From a virus, in IMG/VR virus record IMGVR_UViG_3300042356_000801, positions 27,170 to 91,169 of that record: a stretch of DNA of 64,000 nucleotides; one strand, written 5' to 3'. How positions within the stretch are numbered: position 1 is the stretch's first letter; every line of letters begins with the position of its first letter. This document shows positions 1 to 9,198 of this stretch, one piece after another. A program made the position numbers and the translations under genes. The notes below the pieces were generated by a model that was given only the letters and a program-made list of their open reading frames with translations, did no database searches and was not told the DNA's origin.

Positions 1-547
1 TTGGCTTGCGAGAAACTACCTCATCTATCTCCATATTGTAGGAAATATATGCCCCAGCCATAATTCTGTCGCCTTTAAGCAGTGTTAAATCGGAAAACTC
101 TTCACGAATTGAACCTTCGTCAATCATTGCCCTAAAAGATGTTCTTTCGTCATAGGCCTTGAGGCATGGATAATCAAGAAGGGCCGACCTGAGAACGGTT
201 GTTAACCTATCTCGCATTATCGTGCACTCTTCTGAGCCTTCTGTTTTTACCCAAACATAGGTGCGCATTGAGTATGAAACCCTATAAAGAGGGTCTGGGC
301 CATCAAATCCAATACGGTTAAAAGCCGTAGAAGAGATAACTACAGTGATAACAAGCGGCCATGTATCGATAGCAAACGGTTCGTATGTTGTAAACCCCTC
401 AGGGGTCGGAAGGGTTATGTCGTCAACATTCCAACCGTTACGGTAATCAATAATTCTTACAGGAACATCTTCTGAAAGGTAATTGTTTACATACTGCTTG
501 GCAAACTGAGCGCCATGCATTAATGGATATCCAGGAACTGTAGGCAT
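1..547 (-). CDS. Putative tail terminator/neck protein, partial (runs off window start)
   Basis: Not in the ORF track. ATG at 547-545 overlaps the upstream stop (TAATG). Open frame MPTVPGYPLMHGAQFAKQYVNNYL... to the edge; follows adaptor and morphogenesis genes. Confidence 0.55.
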   Translation of the reverse strand, partial: MPTVPGYPLMHGAQFAKQYVNNYLSEDVPVRIIDYRNGWNVDDITLPTPEGFTTYEPFAIDTWPLVITVVISSTAFNRIGFDGPDPLYRVSYSMRTYVWVKTEGSEECTIMRDRLTTVLRSALLDYPCLKAYDERTSFRAMIDEGSIREEFSDLTLLKGDRIMAGAYISYNMEIDEVVSRKP

Positions 548-1023
548 TATGCTGTCAACCCTTCATTACCTTCAACAATGTAGTTTGCTAGTTTTTCTGC
601 AAATTCACTGACAAAGGATTGCGGGATAAAAAGAATTTGGCGTTTTGGCATGTTTGGTGTTCCGGTCTGATGGAACGGAGCATATTTCACTCCAGTTCCA
701 AACGTAGCACTTAGTTTGTTTATTTGGTTCACAGAGGGGTCAGATAGCTCGGAGAGGCTTTTAAACAACTCTCCGCTACGGACAAGCGTTGGTCTCCCTG
801 GGAGCTCCCTGGCCTTCCATGAGGCGTATTCAGCGTCAAGCGGGGACCATCCACCAACAGGAAGCCCCTGTGATGTGAAGTTTTCTGCAAATGTCTTCTT
901 TAGGACCTGGTGTGCCCACCTAAAAACAGGCTTAGCATCGGTAATCCTGTCTTGGATGTCTGCAACCAAGTTCTGGACTTTTTCAATCCTGACCTCAATG
1001 TCTACTCTTACTGGTGCCGACAT
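547..1023 (-). CDS. Phage virion morphogenesis protein (Mu gpG-like neck/tail completion)
   Basis: Motifs WSPL..Y..WK, LVRSGEL..SL, GTGVKYA.FHQ.GT..MPKRQIL. Confidence 0.75.
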   Translation of the reverse strand: MSAPVRVDIEVRIEKVQNLVADIQDRITDAKPVFRWAHQVLKKTFAENFTSQGLPVGGWSPLDAEYASWKARELPGRPTLVRSGELFKSLSELSDPSVNQINKLSATFGTGVKYAPFHQTGTPNMPKRQILFIPQSFVSEFAEKLANYIVEGNEGLTA

Positions 1024-1025
1024 TG

Positions 1026-1673
1026 TTATGCAATTCTTCTTCGGCTGTACTTCCTCAGAGACATAAGTTCAGTATCCAAAAATCCAGTCACCAGAGGTCC
1101 GACATTTCGCGTTGTTATGTCCTTGAGGCCAACAACATCGTCATGCATGTTCTGCATCTCCCTGGAAGCCGCTCTTAGGATAAGAAGCTTAAACATTGGT
1201 ATATTTGTACCATCCAGGCCTGCAGTGTAAGTAACTGTAATTACGTCACCATCAAGGGCGTAAAAGTAGTCAATACCAAACCTGCGCACAACATAGTCAT
1301 GCTCAACAATGAGGGTTCTTGGTTCTCCGTTTAGCGGTTTTACTACTACTTCGGACACGTTTACAACAGGCGAATTGCGGAAATAGATAGTGCTTGGAGG
1401 GGTTGCCCATGTTGTGCTATCTACCATATTTGACTGGACAAACGAGTCCGTGTAGCTATGCGGTGGGGCCGACAAGAAGGTACCCATAGGAACGCCGTGG
1501 TATGTACCTTCTACAGTGTAATCTTCCTCGAATTCCACCACCTCAATAGGTCGACCAAGATGAGCTTCCATCTCTGATTGGAGACCTGCAAGAATCATCT
1601 CGGCTGCATCCTGCTGACGCAAGGACAGCTTTATGTCCATGTAGTTAATAAGGTCTGCTTGAGTTACTAGCAC
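1026..1673 (-). CDS. Head-tail adaptor/connector
   Basis: N-terminal LVT.ADL..Y, ITVTYTAG motif, size and context. Confidence 0.65.
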   Translation of the reverse strand: MLVTQADLINYMDIKLSLRQQDAAEMILAGLQSEMEAHLGRPIEVVEFEEDYTVEGTYHGVPMGTFLSAPPHSYTDSFVQSNMVDSTTWATPPSTIYFRNSPVVNVSEVVVKPLNGEPRTLIVEHDYVVRRFGIDYFYALDGDVITVTYTAGLDGTNIPMFKLLILRAASREMQNMHDDVVGLKDITTRNVGPLVTGFLDTELMSLRKYSRRRIA

Positions 1674-1714
1674 TTGATACCTCCACTAGGCGTTAATCAG
1701 TCATAAAGACCGAT

Positions 1715-2365
1715 TTAGCGCCTCTTCTTTGGTGTGGCTTTCTTTGCTGGAGCCTTCTTGGCGGGAGCTTTCTTTGCAGCAGCCTTCTTGGCGGGAGCAG
1801 CCTTCTTCGCTGGAGCAGCCTTCTTAGTTGGCGTAGCCTTCTTTGCTGCCGACTTTTGCTTTGCCTGCACTTTTTTAGCTTTAGATTTAGATGCTTTTCT
1901 GTTTGCTTCAGCAGCGGTTTTCTGCCTCTTTACCTGCTTGAGAATGGCTGAGGATTTTGCCCTCTCTGTTGCCGACTTGTACAGAGCTTCGTTAATTGGG
2001 TTAGCGCGAGCCTTGTAGCCCTTTTTGCGACCAATCTGCTGGCTGCCACGCGGAGAATTTGCAAGACCAAGCACTCCTTTGCCTTTAATCTTTTTGTTTG
2101 ACTTTACGCCAAGGGCTCTAATTTCTGAAGGAGATAGATACCCTTGCAGTCTTGTAGATTCTTTTTGCAATTTTCTAGCATTGGCACGAGAACCAAAAAT
2201 GTCTTTGATTGCTTGATTTAGCAAGTCTCTTTCTTTGATGAGAGCTGCTCTGGCCTTTTCACCCTTAGCCTTGTTGAGCTGGTTCTTGATTCGGCTTGCG
2301 TCGAGGAGTAGGGAGTCTGCGTCGTCCGTAATGTCCGGGCCGTATCTTACTCTGGGCATAATCAA
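1715..2365 (-). CDS. Basic protein with histone H1/HupB-like PAKKA tail
   Basis: C-terminal KKAAPAKKAAPAKKAAAKKAPAKKAPAKK repeats. Confidence 0.7.
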   Translation of the reverse strand: MIMPRVRYGPDITDDADSLLLDASRIKNQLNKAKGEKARAALIKERDLLNQAIKDIFGSRANARKLQKESTRLQGYLSPSEIRALGVKSNKKIKGKGVLGLANSPRGSQQIGRKKGYKARANPINEALYKSATERAKSSAILKQVKRQKTAAEANRKASKSKAKKVQAKQKSAAKKATPTKKAAPAKKAAPAKKAAAKKAPAKKAPAKKATPKKRR

Positions 2366-2440
2366 CCAACTTCTTTGAGAAACATTTTAAAGAAGTTTAC
2401 CATATGGCGCTAATTCGGAATTAAATACCCGCGCCAAAAA

Positions 2441-3019
2441 CTACCTGTCGCTATTCGGTGGTGATTCAATCACTGGACCCTTATCAAGCGTCCCTGGAGG
2501 AGCCTCTACTGGCACCCATGCTCTTGAATATGTATATTCCTTGATATTCCTTGACTTCAATATTGTGCCGTCAATCATTAAAGAATATTCATTTCCCTTC
2601 ATGCATAACGTTCTTTCTAGGCTTTTTTCAGTAGCGGCTCGAGACCTGACAAGTTTTTTAATTATCGATGACATAGGTTTGGCCACTACCGAGCCTCTTC
2701 CTCTATTTAGTCGAAGATGCATCTCCATTGCCTCCATGGTCCCAACATCATGCTTTATGACCGGGATTGTTTTACCAATTATTTCCATTATCTGCTTGAC
2801 ATTTGTAGCCAACAAATAGCGCTCAGAGCCATCAATGATTTCTCCGGTTCTAGCAGATACATGGATTGGTTGAATAAAACCAAAATCGAGCAAAGACGCA
2901 GAAAGCACTAAAAGGTCTGGTCTCAGTATGTAGGTTGCTCTCCATGGTGGGACGATAAGTGTTGATGGGTCAACTTCCTCTATCTCATACTTCATATGTT
3001 GTTTCCATTTCTTCGTCAT
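2441..3019 (-). CDS. ParB/Srx-fold protein, IbrB-like
   Basis: SLLDFGFIQPIHV...EIIDGSERY and RLNRGRG; directly downstream of the PAPS-reductase gene. True start may be the internal MKYEIEE. Confidence 0.7.
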   Translation of the reverse strand: MTKKWKQHMKYEIEEVDPSTLIVPPWRATYILRPDLLVLSASLLDFGFIQPIHVSARTGEIIDGSERYLLATNVKQIMEIIGKTIPVIKHDVGTMEAMEMHLRLNRGRGSVVAKPMSSIIKKLVRSRAATEKSLERTLCMKGNEYSLMIDGTILKSRNIKEYTYSRAWVPVEAPPGTLDKGPVIESPPNSDR

Positions 3020-4124
3020 TATTTCTTACTGTGTATGCTCTAGTTCTTGGCCCAACAGGAGAAGGTGAACCACCATCTATTTCGTTGAGAACAAGAGTTC
3101 TAATTAGCAGACTGATTGGGTAAGCACGTTGGTCTTCTAGATGCTTCTTGCGAAACTTAGAGACGTATGCTTTTGCTTCCATTTGTCTGCGTTCACCAAC
3201 TAGGTAGTCTTCAATAAACATTGAAGCACCTTCTAAACCCAATCCCGAGTATTCGTTAATAAGTTTTTCAATGTCAAATTCTGGCCACCACCTGCGTTGA
3301 GCATCGATGTGGGGAAAACACTCCACAAGCCTGTCGTAAAACTCTGGTTCCGTAGCAACCACATCACCAATCCTGCGAATAGCAATGCTGTGGAGTGGGA
3401 TACCGATTCTTGTGTTACTTTCCGTCTGGGCAGCAAGGTCGTAATACTCACAGTACTCAGAACCGTGTTCTTCAATCAAAAACTTAAATACGTCGTTTGT
3501 GTTCCAGTCATAAATAACCTTGGCAAACTTCATTGGTATTCCGGTCTTGAGTTTGTACGGAGTAACGATGTAGTTCTCATGCAACTTCTGAACGCAGGAC
3601 CTATAGCGAACCATTGACTCGCTTGCTCTAACGCCGGTGATGAAGGCAACATTCCCCTTCTTGCCCTGCATGGTGTAGTAGTCGGTCTGTTCTGGAAGAG
3701 ATACATCGTGGGTTAGACCAAAGTCTTCACCCGTAATAGCCCAAGGCGGGATGTCTCTTACGAGCCTTCCCTGGTTCTTACGCATGTTGCTCCACAGAAC
3801 TGTAGTAACCCTCTGTCCGAGAACCCAAATTTCTGCAGGGTAAGGGAGGCAGTACCACTCCATGTCAACCCAGTCGTAGTTTCGCACTTTTTCTACATAC
3901 TCAATAGTTGTAGGGCTTACCATTTCCTCGTCTCGGAAAATAACTTTTACTGGCCCAAGACCGCGTTCTTCGTGTACCTCTTTAGCAAGATACATAACCG
4001 CAGAGGAATCTTTTCCTCCAGAGAACTGAACACATACGGTATCAAAAGTATCGTAGACGTGCCTAATTCTTTGGCGGGCTGCATCTATGCAGCTCATGTC
4101 AAGAAACATTCTTTGTCTAGTCAT
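2985..4124 (-). CDS. PAPS reductase-family (PP-loop) protein, IbrA-like
   Basis: AARQRIRHVYDTFD..CVQFSGGKDS, FRDEE, TGVRASESMVRY, IYDWNTNDVF. Confidence 0.8.
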   Translation of the reverse strand: MTRQRMFLDMSCIDAARQRIRHVYDTFDTVCVQFSGGKDSSAVMYLAKEVHEERGLGPVKVIFRDEEMVSPTTIEYVEKVRNYDWVDMEWYCLPYPAEIWVLGQRVTTVLWSNMRKNQGRLVRDIPPWAITGEDFGLTHDVSLPEQTDYYTMQGKKGNVAFITGVRASESMVRYRSCVQKLHENYIVTPYKLKTGIPMKFAKVIYDWNTNDVFKFLIEEHGSEYCEYYDLAAQTESNTRIGIPLHSIAIRRIGDVVATEPEFYDRLVECFPHIDAQRRWWPEFDIEKLINEYSGLGLEGASMFIEDYLVGERRQMEAKAYVSKFRKKHLEDQRAYPISLLIRTLVLNEIDGGSPSPVGPRTRAYTVRNNDEEMETTYEV

Positions 4125-4255
4125 TAGTATTTCGCAATCTGAGAAAGACGATTTACTTCGGCACGAAGTTCGTCTATTACGCGATTTAGTTCATTACGCT
4201 CAGCTATTAGTTTTTCAAATAGTTTTTCAAGTTCTATTAACTCTTCAGGACTCAT
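4124..4255 (-). CDS. Small coiled-coil hypothetical protein
   Basis: MSPEELIELEKL...; 3' part of track ORF 4124..4306; overlaps both neighbours. Confidence 0.5.
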   Translation of the reverse strand: MSPEELIELEKLFEKLIAERNELNRVIDELRAEVNRLSQIAKY

Positions 4256-4466
4256 TATGTTTCCAACCGTTTCTAGCGTTTCTAGCATAGACAAGCGCAT
4301 ACGCACCAGCCATCAAAATAAATCCATACTGTTTTGTTTTAACTGCGTAAACAACCCAAAGAATCTCATTGGCTAAGTTTATTAACCAGCCCCACCAAAC
4401 TCTATTGCCAGCAATTAAAAGGCCGGTAACACCAAGAGTTCCAAGCACCCACGACCAAATACTCAT
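4245..4466 (-). CDS. Small membrane protein, PnuC-like fragment
   Basis: Three hydrophobic segments; WWGWLINLANEILWVVYA...QYGF. Confidence 0.5.
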   Translation of the reverse strand: MSIWSWVLGTLGVTGLLIAGNRVWWGWLINLANEILWVVYAVKTKQYGFILMAGAYALVYARNARNGWKHNES

Positions 4467-5272
4467 TAAATCTCCGAGTGTTGGCCGATGAAGTCCATTA
4501 ACCGTTCTGCAGTTGTATTCCCAACAATTGAAACATCACTTCTTAGCCAGCGAATAAAATCGTACCAACGAGACTGCTGGGCAGGGTTATCAAAGACAAG
4601 CGTGAACTGAACCACTGCTTGCTGACCAGCACCTGCAGCCATTGTTGAACCACGAATAGCTATATCGTTTTGGTCAGAAGAAGAAGGGGCGACGATTCTT
4701 TTCTCACCTTCACTGTCTCTAGTGACGGTGAACTCTTGTGGACGCAATTCAGGGACATCGTCAAATCCTTGAATCTCCGTGTTTCTATCGATAAGAACCG
4801 GTGGAACGTAACTACCACTAGTGGACATCTCACTGCTGTTTCTGTAAACCTCTTGCTCGTATTCGGCAATCTCAAACTCATCCCAACCAAGGCCCTCTAG
4901 TAGCTCTGGGTAGTAATCGCTCACTGAACTGATTAGTTCATAAAGAATTTCTGGTTCAGAGTAACCAAGCTCAACAGTCCTGTTGTCGGCAAGCGCAAAT
5001 GCAACAGCACGAGAATCATCGCCCTCAAGATAAATAACAGCAATCTGGTCCCATCCAAGAATCTTGGCGGCCTCCAACTGGTGATTACCGGCAATTACAG
5101 TTGCCGTTCCATCATCGTTTCTTTTGGCAACTATGGGTTTTACTTGGCCGAACTCCGCATAGGAAGCAGTAATTGCGTCAACGTCTCCAATTCTTGGGTT
5201 CTTCTCAAGTGGCAGAAGTGTGTTTATGTCTACCGCCATACCGATTAGTGACGGATGGATACCGTTACTCAT
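4466..5272 (-). CDS. ParB-like N-terminal domain protein
   Basis: KNPRIGDV..I..S..EFGQVKPIV...VIAGNHQLEAAK.LGW...ALADNRT. Confidence 0.8.
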   Translation of the reverse strand: MSNGIHPSLIGMAVDINTLLPLEKNPRIGDVDAITASYAEFGQVKPIVAKRNDDGTATVIAGNHQLEAAKILGWDQIAVIYLEGDDSRAVAFALADNRTVELGYSEPEILYELISSVSDYYPELLEGLGWDEFEIAEYEQEVYRNSSEMSTSGSYVPPVLIDRNTEIQGFDDVPELRPQEFTVTRDSEGEKRIVAPSSSDQNDIAIRGSTMAAGAGQQAVVQFTLVFDNPAQQSRWYDFIRWLRSDVSIVGNTTAERLMDFIGQHSEI

Positions 5273-5610
5273 ACTTGGTGCCTTACGTTTGCGTTGAGGG
5301 TTCTCATTGCGTCAATTGATGTGCGTAGCGATAGAAGTTTTTCTCTCTTTGACTTAACAAGCGCTTCAGAGATTTTGTAATCAAATGAAGATTCGTCCAA
5401 CTTGTAGTCTGCCCATGCTTCACGTTCCTTGATTGAGCCTTTTGCTGATAGGTATTCTTTGGCCCAATTGGACTTGTGAAGCGCCTCTTTCTTGGCATTG
5501 TCTATAGCAAGAACTTCAAAAGCTTCTGTTTCTTCTTCTAGCATTCCTATCAAGCGAAGAAGCTCGTTTTCGATATCAACCTGACTAATTGGATTGTTTC
5601 TATTTTGCAC
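5269..5610 (-). CDS. Coiled-coil hypothetical protein (possibly UvsY-like mediator)
   Basis: Helical 113 aa next to RuvC; function inferred only. Confidence 0.4.
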   Translation of the reverse strand: MQNRNNPISQVDIENELLRLIGMLEEETEAFEVLAIDNAKKEALHKSNWAKEYLSAKGSIKEREAWADYKLDESSFDYKISEALVKSKREKLLSLRTSIDAMRTLNANVRHQV

Positions 5611-6142
5611 TTGAGTCCTTTATATTATCCATTGCTGACCAATCTATCTTCTCTAGAGACGATAGTTGTGTTGCCGTCCAATCGTATTGGCTTTTTCCTA
5701 AATATGCAAGCCCCATCTGTTCAAGAATCCATGCATCACATTCGTCGTCTGCGCCGGAGCCAGAAAAGACCATGCCTGTTTTGGAAGATATTGCAGAAAT
5801 CACTTCCGTCTTTCCAGCGTTGCCTTTTCCTGTAGCAAACTTTGCCCTAGAAGTGGGAGGAATTTCCACGTAAGTAATCCCACATTCCCAAAAAGTCATC
5901 CTTATGCACCCGCCGAGCTCTCCAATACTGTGGGCTTGTGAGTTGCGTGACGCAAACGAGTAACCCTCAATAAGGGCGCAGTTGATTTCTTCGTCAAGAC
6001 ATAGCTGAAGAATCGTTTTATTTACGTAGGAAAGCCTTTCAGGGCCCTTGGCTTTTGTGGAAATAATCGAAGTTTTCCCATTTATTGAAACGCCAGTAGA
6101 AGTCAGTGAAAGGTCTAGTCCTATTAGCTTTAATTCGGGCAC
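5600..6142 (-). CDS. ruvC: RuvC-like Holliday junction resolvase
   Basis: IGLDLSLTSTG, IEGYSF, IGELGG, KFATGKGNAGK, DDECDA. Confidence 0.85.
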   Translation of the reverse strand: MPELKLIGLDLSLTSTGVSINGKTSIISTKAKGPERLSYVNKTILQLCLDEEINCALIEGYSFASRNSQAHSIGELGGCIRMTFWECGITYVEIPPTSRAKFATGKGNAGKTEVISAISSKTGMVFSGSGADDECDAWILEQMGLAYLGKSQYDWTATQLSSLEKIDWSAMDNIKDSSAK

Positions 6143-6262
6143 AAAAAGACCCTACTACATGAAAATCGGGCAGGACTCGTCCTACCCGACCTTCACCTAT
6201 AACGGTCACAAATCTCTTGTGCTAAACAATTGTACAACAATCACAAACAGTGCTAATACAGC

Positions 6263-6297
6263 AAACAACCGCCTGTCCTGCAGAGACTGGCGGTTGT
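6263..6297 (-). terminator. Hairpin, probable intrinsic terminator
   Basis: Minus strand CAACCGCC...GGCGGTTG followed by TTT. Confidence 0.45.
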
Positions 6298-6512
6298 AGA
6301 GAAGTTAAAAAATTAATCTCCGGATTGCCGTGGTTAGGCCACTAGACATTGACCACCGTCCTTTCCTTTCTGACAGCGAGTTGTAGGTACCTGGAGTCAA
6401 GAATACATGAGTTAACGATAAGCAAACAATAAATAATTGTCTGAATAATTCAAATAATAAAAACTATCCCGTGTTATTATTTATCTATAACCCCCCTCAA
6501 CTAGGAGAAAAC

Positions 6513-6866
6513 ATGTCAACAGCAGCACTTGCACCAACAACAATCGTTCTTGGAATCCCCGGAACACTTTCAACCTCAAGCATGGTTTCGGTTGCTTTGC
6601 CTTTCAACGGCAGAATCACTGGAGCATATGTTGCAGTCGTCGGCGCAGCCGCTGGTTCAGCACTCACCGCAGACCTCAAGGTTGGCACAGACGTCGCAGC
6701 ATCCTTCTCAATCGCAGCAGGCGCATACGCCGATGCGGGCACACTCACAGCAGCCAACACTGACTTCGTAGCCGGTGACCTCATCAGCCTCGACGTTTCA
6801 GCTGTTGGTTCTGGTACCGCAGGTTCAAACATGACTGTTGCTTTTACTGTTCAAGAAGGCCGTTAA
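6513..6866 (+). CDS. Small Ala/Gly/Thr-rich virion protein (decoration/fibre-like)
   Basis: AGGAG SD before ATG 6513; beta-rich composition; own terminator. Confidence 0.55.
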   Translation: MSTAALAPTTIVLGIPGTLSTSSMVSVALPFNGRITGAYVAVVGAAAGSALTADLKVGTDVAASFSIAAGAYADAGTLTAANTDFVAGDLISLDVSAVGSGTAGSNMTVAFTVQEGR

Positions 6867-6890
6867 TTAAAAATTAACCAAAATCTGATT

Positions 6891-6917
6891 AAAGCGCTTC
6901 TTCGGGGGCGCTTTTTT
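6891..6917 (+). terminator. Rho-independent terminator
   Basis: AAAGCGCTTC-TTCG-GGGGCGCTTTTTT. Confidence 0.85.
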
Positions 6918-6971
6918 CATGCCAAAAACATGTCATAATATTAGCGTTCCCTAACGCCCGCAGGAGAAAAA

Positions 6972-7661
6972 ATGTCTGGAATCATCGCACCATCAATCGT
7001 CAACTACGACTGGACCGTCAAGGTCAGTGACCCTTCTTACCTGAATGTGTCTTTCCCATTCCGTGTCAAGATTGAGTCAATCTGGTTCACCACTCAGCAG
7101 GTTTATGGTGCAACGGCAGGTCTTTGGCAAGGCGTTGAAACAACTCTTGATGTTGATACAACCGAACGACTTCTCCGCCTTGCAGCAATCAAGACCAAGA
7201 ACTCCAAGACACAACACAGCCAGTACGACAACCCATCAGATTGGATGTTTGGCTTTGAGGATGTTGAATATGACGGCTCTGTGACTGATGAACTGAAGCC
7301 AACAATGTGGCTTGGAAACCCAGATGAAGGAATTGGCAAATTTAGTGCATTTGGCACACAGCCATACTTTGGCAATGGCGTACTTGACCTTCGCAGTACA
7401 GCCGCAACGCCTATCGATAAAGCACATGCAATTAACTACAGTTGGAACGAAGAAGAGTACAACGCAAACACCTACCTTACAGATGTTGCCGTTATGAACA
7501 CCGACGAAATCCTCCAACTGTTTGTTTATTCAGATGGCGGCGATTGGGAAGGCTACGAGAATGACGCAAAGGTCACAATCTCGGTTGCCTACACTGGTAT
7601 TCACGACACAGAAAAAGCATCTGCTTCAGCCAAGCCTTGGACAGCATGGTGGAACGACTAG
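6972..7661 (+). CDS. Hypothetical protein, possibly virion-associated
   Basis: CAGGAG SD; N-terminus (APSIV...VSFPFRVKI) echoes that of the 6513 gene (APTTIV...VALPFNGRI). Confidence 0.55.
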   Translation: MSGIIAPSIVNYDWTVKVSDPSYLNVSFPFRVKIESIWFTTQQVYGATAGLWQGVETTLDVDTTERLLRLAAIKTKNSKTQHSQYDNPSDWMFGFEDVEYDGSVTDELKPTMWLGNPDEGIGKFSAFGTQPYFGNGVLDLRSTAATPIDKAHAINYSWNEEEYNANTYLTDVAVMNTDEILQLFVYSDGGDWEGYENDAKVTISVAYTGIHDTEKASASAKPWTAWWND

Positions 7662-7670
7662 TATTGCCGT

Positions 7671-8321
7671 ATGGCAAAACTACCATCAACATTTGCGCTT
7701 GATACTGGAAACAAATTAAGCGATAATTTCTTTGATATTCGTTGGCTTTCTGCTGGCATGCGTCCGCCCCCTAAAAGGTGGTATACAAATAGTGAAGAAC
7801 TTCCCACCGAAGACATGACTGAGTGGGGCTGGGGTGAAGTTGACGCAGAAGGCCGTTTGGTAGTTAAGTATTACCGCGAAGAAGTTTTCGGAACAGAAGA
7901 CGAAGTAACTAAACTTTGGTTTGTTCTTCTTGATGGTCGACATATTCAACCTCCTCATTTAATACTTCTTGGATTTGCGGATGGTAGATATCCTTGGGGG
8001 ACCGTATTGGAGGGCGCAGAAGCCTCTCGTGTTCTTGAAAAGGAATATATGTCCACATGGGCAGCCATGATTAATTGGCGTGCTGGTGACCCAATGATTC
8101 AACAAATAACCACAGCCGAAAAATGGCGTCGCAGGCGACTTTCTGTCATGATGTTTGGCGTCTGCGATGTCGTTAACGCCTGTTACGGATTCAGCCCTGG
8201 ACTAGTTCTTCATGGTGGTGCAGTCACTACAGCAGACGGTGAAAAATTACGAGAAATATATCCTACCAATAACGACCGAATACAACCACGTATTGGCTCT
8301 GTCGGTCCTCAAGAATCGTAA
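7671..8321 (+). CDS. Hypothetical protein with GNAT-like C-terminal motif
   Basis: IQQITTAEKWRRRRLSVMM...TTADG resembles GNAT motif A. Confidence 0.4.
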   Translation: MAKLPSTFALDTGNKLSDNFFDIRWLSAGMRPPPKRWYTNSEELPTEDMTEWGWGEVDAEGRLVVKYYREEVFGTEDEVTKLWFVLLDGRHIQPPHLILLGFADGRYPWGTVLEGAEASRVLEKEYMSTWAAMINWRAGDPMIQQITTAEKWRRRRLSVMMFGVCDVVNACYGFSPGLVLHGGAVTTADGEKLREIYPTNNDRIQPRIGSVGPQES

Positions 8322-8683
8322 GAGTGCTTAGATAGACCAAGGTCAAATGCAAGCTGAGGATAGTTTCCTATGCGAGTGTGGCAAGGACGACAGACACACA
8401 TAAGGTTTGATTCATCAAGAATAGAGCCACCCTGGGAGCGTCTCACTAGTTCGTGAACATCCGATGATGGCCTTTGCTGATAGACAGCAAGTTCGTCATG
8501 TTGAGCAAAGACAGGACAGGCTTCACACCATGGGCGTTCTCCTAAAAGTTTTTCTACCAATGGTCTGCGAAGTTTGTACTTCTCTTCAGTTTTCTTAGAG
8601 CGATGATTTATCTTCTTTGAAGAGTTCTTTAAAGGTGTTCTTTTTAGCGGTTTATCTGACCGCTTTATTGGCTTACGGTTCAC
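8309..8683 (-). CDS. HNH endonuclease
   Basis: CEAC...DVHELVRRSQGGS..DESNLMCVCRPCH. Confidence 0.85.
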   Translation of the reverse strand: MNRKPIKRSDKPLKRTPLKNSSKKINHRSKKTEEKYKLRRPLVEKLLGERPWCEACPVFAQHDELAVYQQRPSSDVHELVRRSQGGSILDESNLMCVCRPCHTRIGNYPQLAFDLGLSKHSYDS

Positions 8684-9198
8684 TCTGCTGGAAAAAGGCT
8701 TGATTCATCGATTAGGTCGAATAGCCACTCGTTGTTAAGAACCGCCCACAAGGCCCTGTCTATAGATGTCTCTTCAAGTTCAAACTCACGCAAAAGAGCA
8801 CGATGTTTGATAATTGCTTTCTTAAGGGTTTCCATCTCCTGCCAGCCATTTGATTCAGGAGCCTCCCCCGTATCAATCATTGCTGATACTTCATCTAGGC
8901 GTTTGTTTACGTGAAATCTAAAACGAAGAATTTTCTTCTTTCTAGCTTCGTAAGCCTTGGATGCTTCTTGAGCAAGAATTTTTCCATCGCGACCCATTGA
9001 CTCAAACCGTTCGATGTCCGACTGGTTGTCATACTCAATGTCACCTATTTGGTCGTCAAGATTGTCAACAAGAGCCTGCAGGTGGTCCTTCCATCTACTC
9101 CAGTTTTCAGGGTCGGTCAGCATGTCTCTTTGAGTAGGGGATAGCTTGTTTTTAACTTCTTCAGCGACCATCTGAGCAAAAGTAACTTCATCAATCAT
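8680..9198 (-). CDS. Hypothetical protein
   Basis: 172-aa ORF overlapping both neighbours by 4 nt. Confidence 0.6.
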   Translation of the reverse strand: MIDEVTFAQMVAEEVKNKLSPTQRDMLTDPENWSRWKDHLQALVDNLDDQIGDIEYDNQSDIERFESMGRDGKILAQEASKAYEARKKKILRFRFHVNKRLDEVSAMIDTGEAPESNGWQEMETLKKAIIKHRALLREFELEETSIDRALWAVLNNEWLFDLIDESSLFPAE

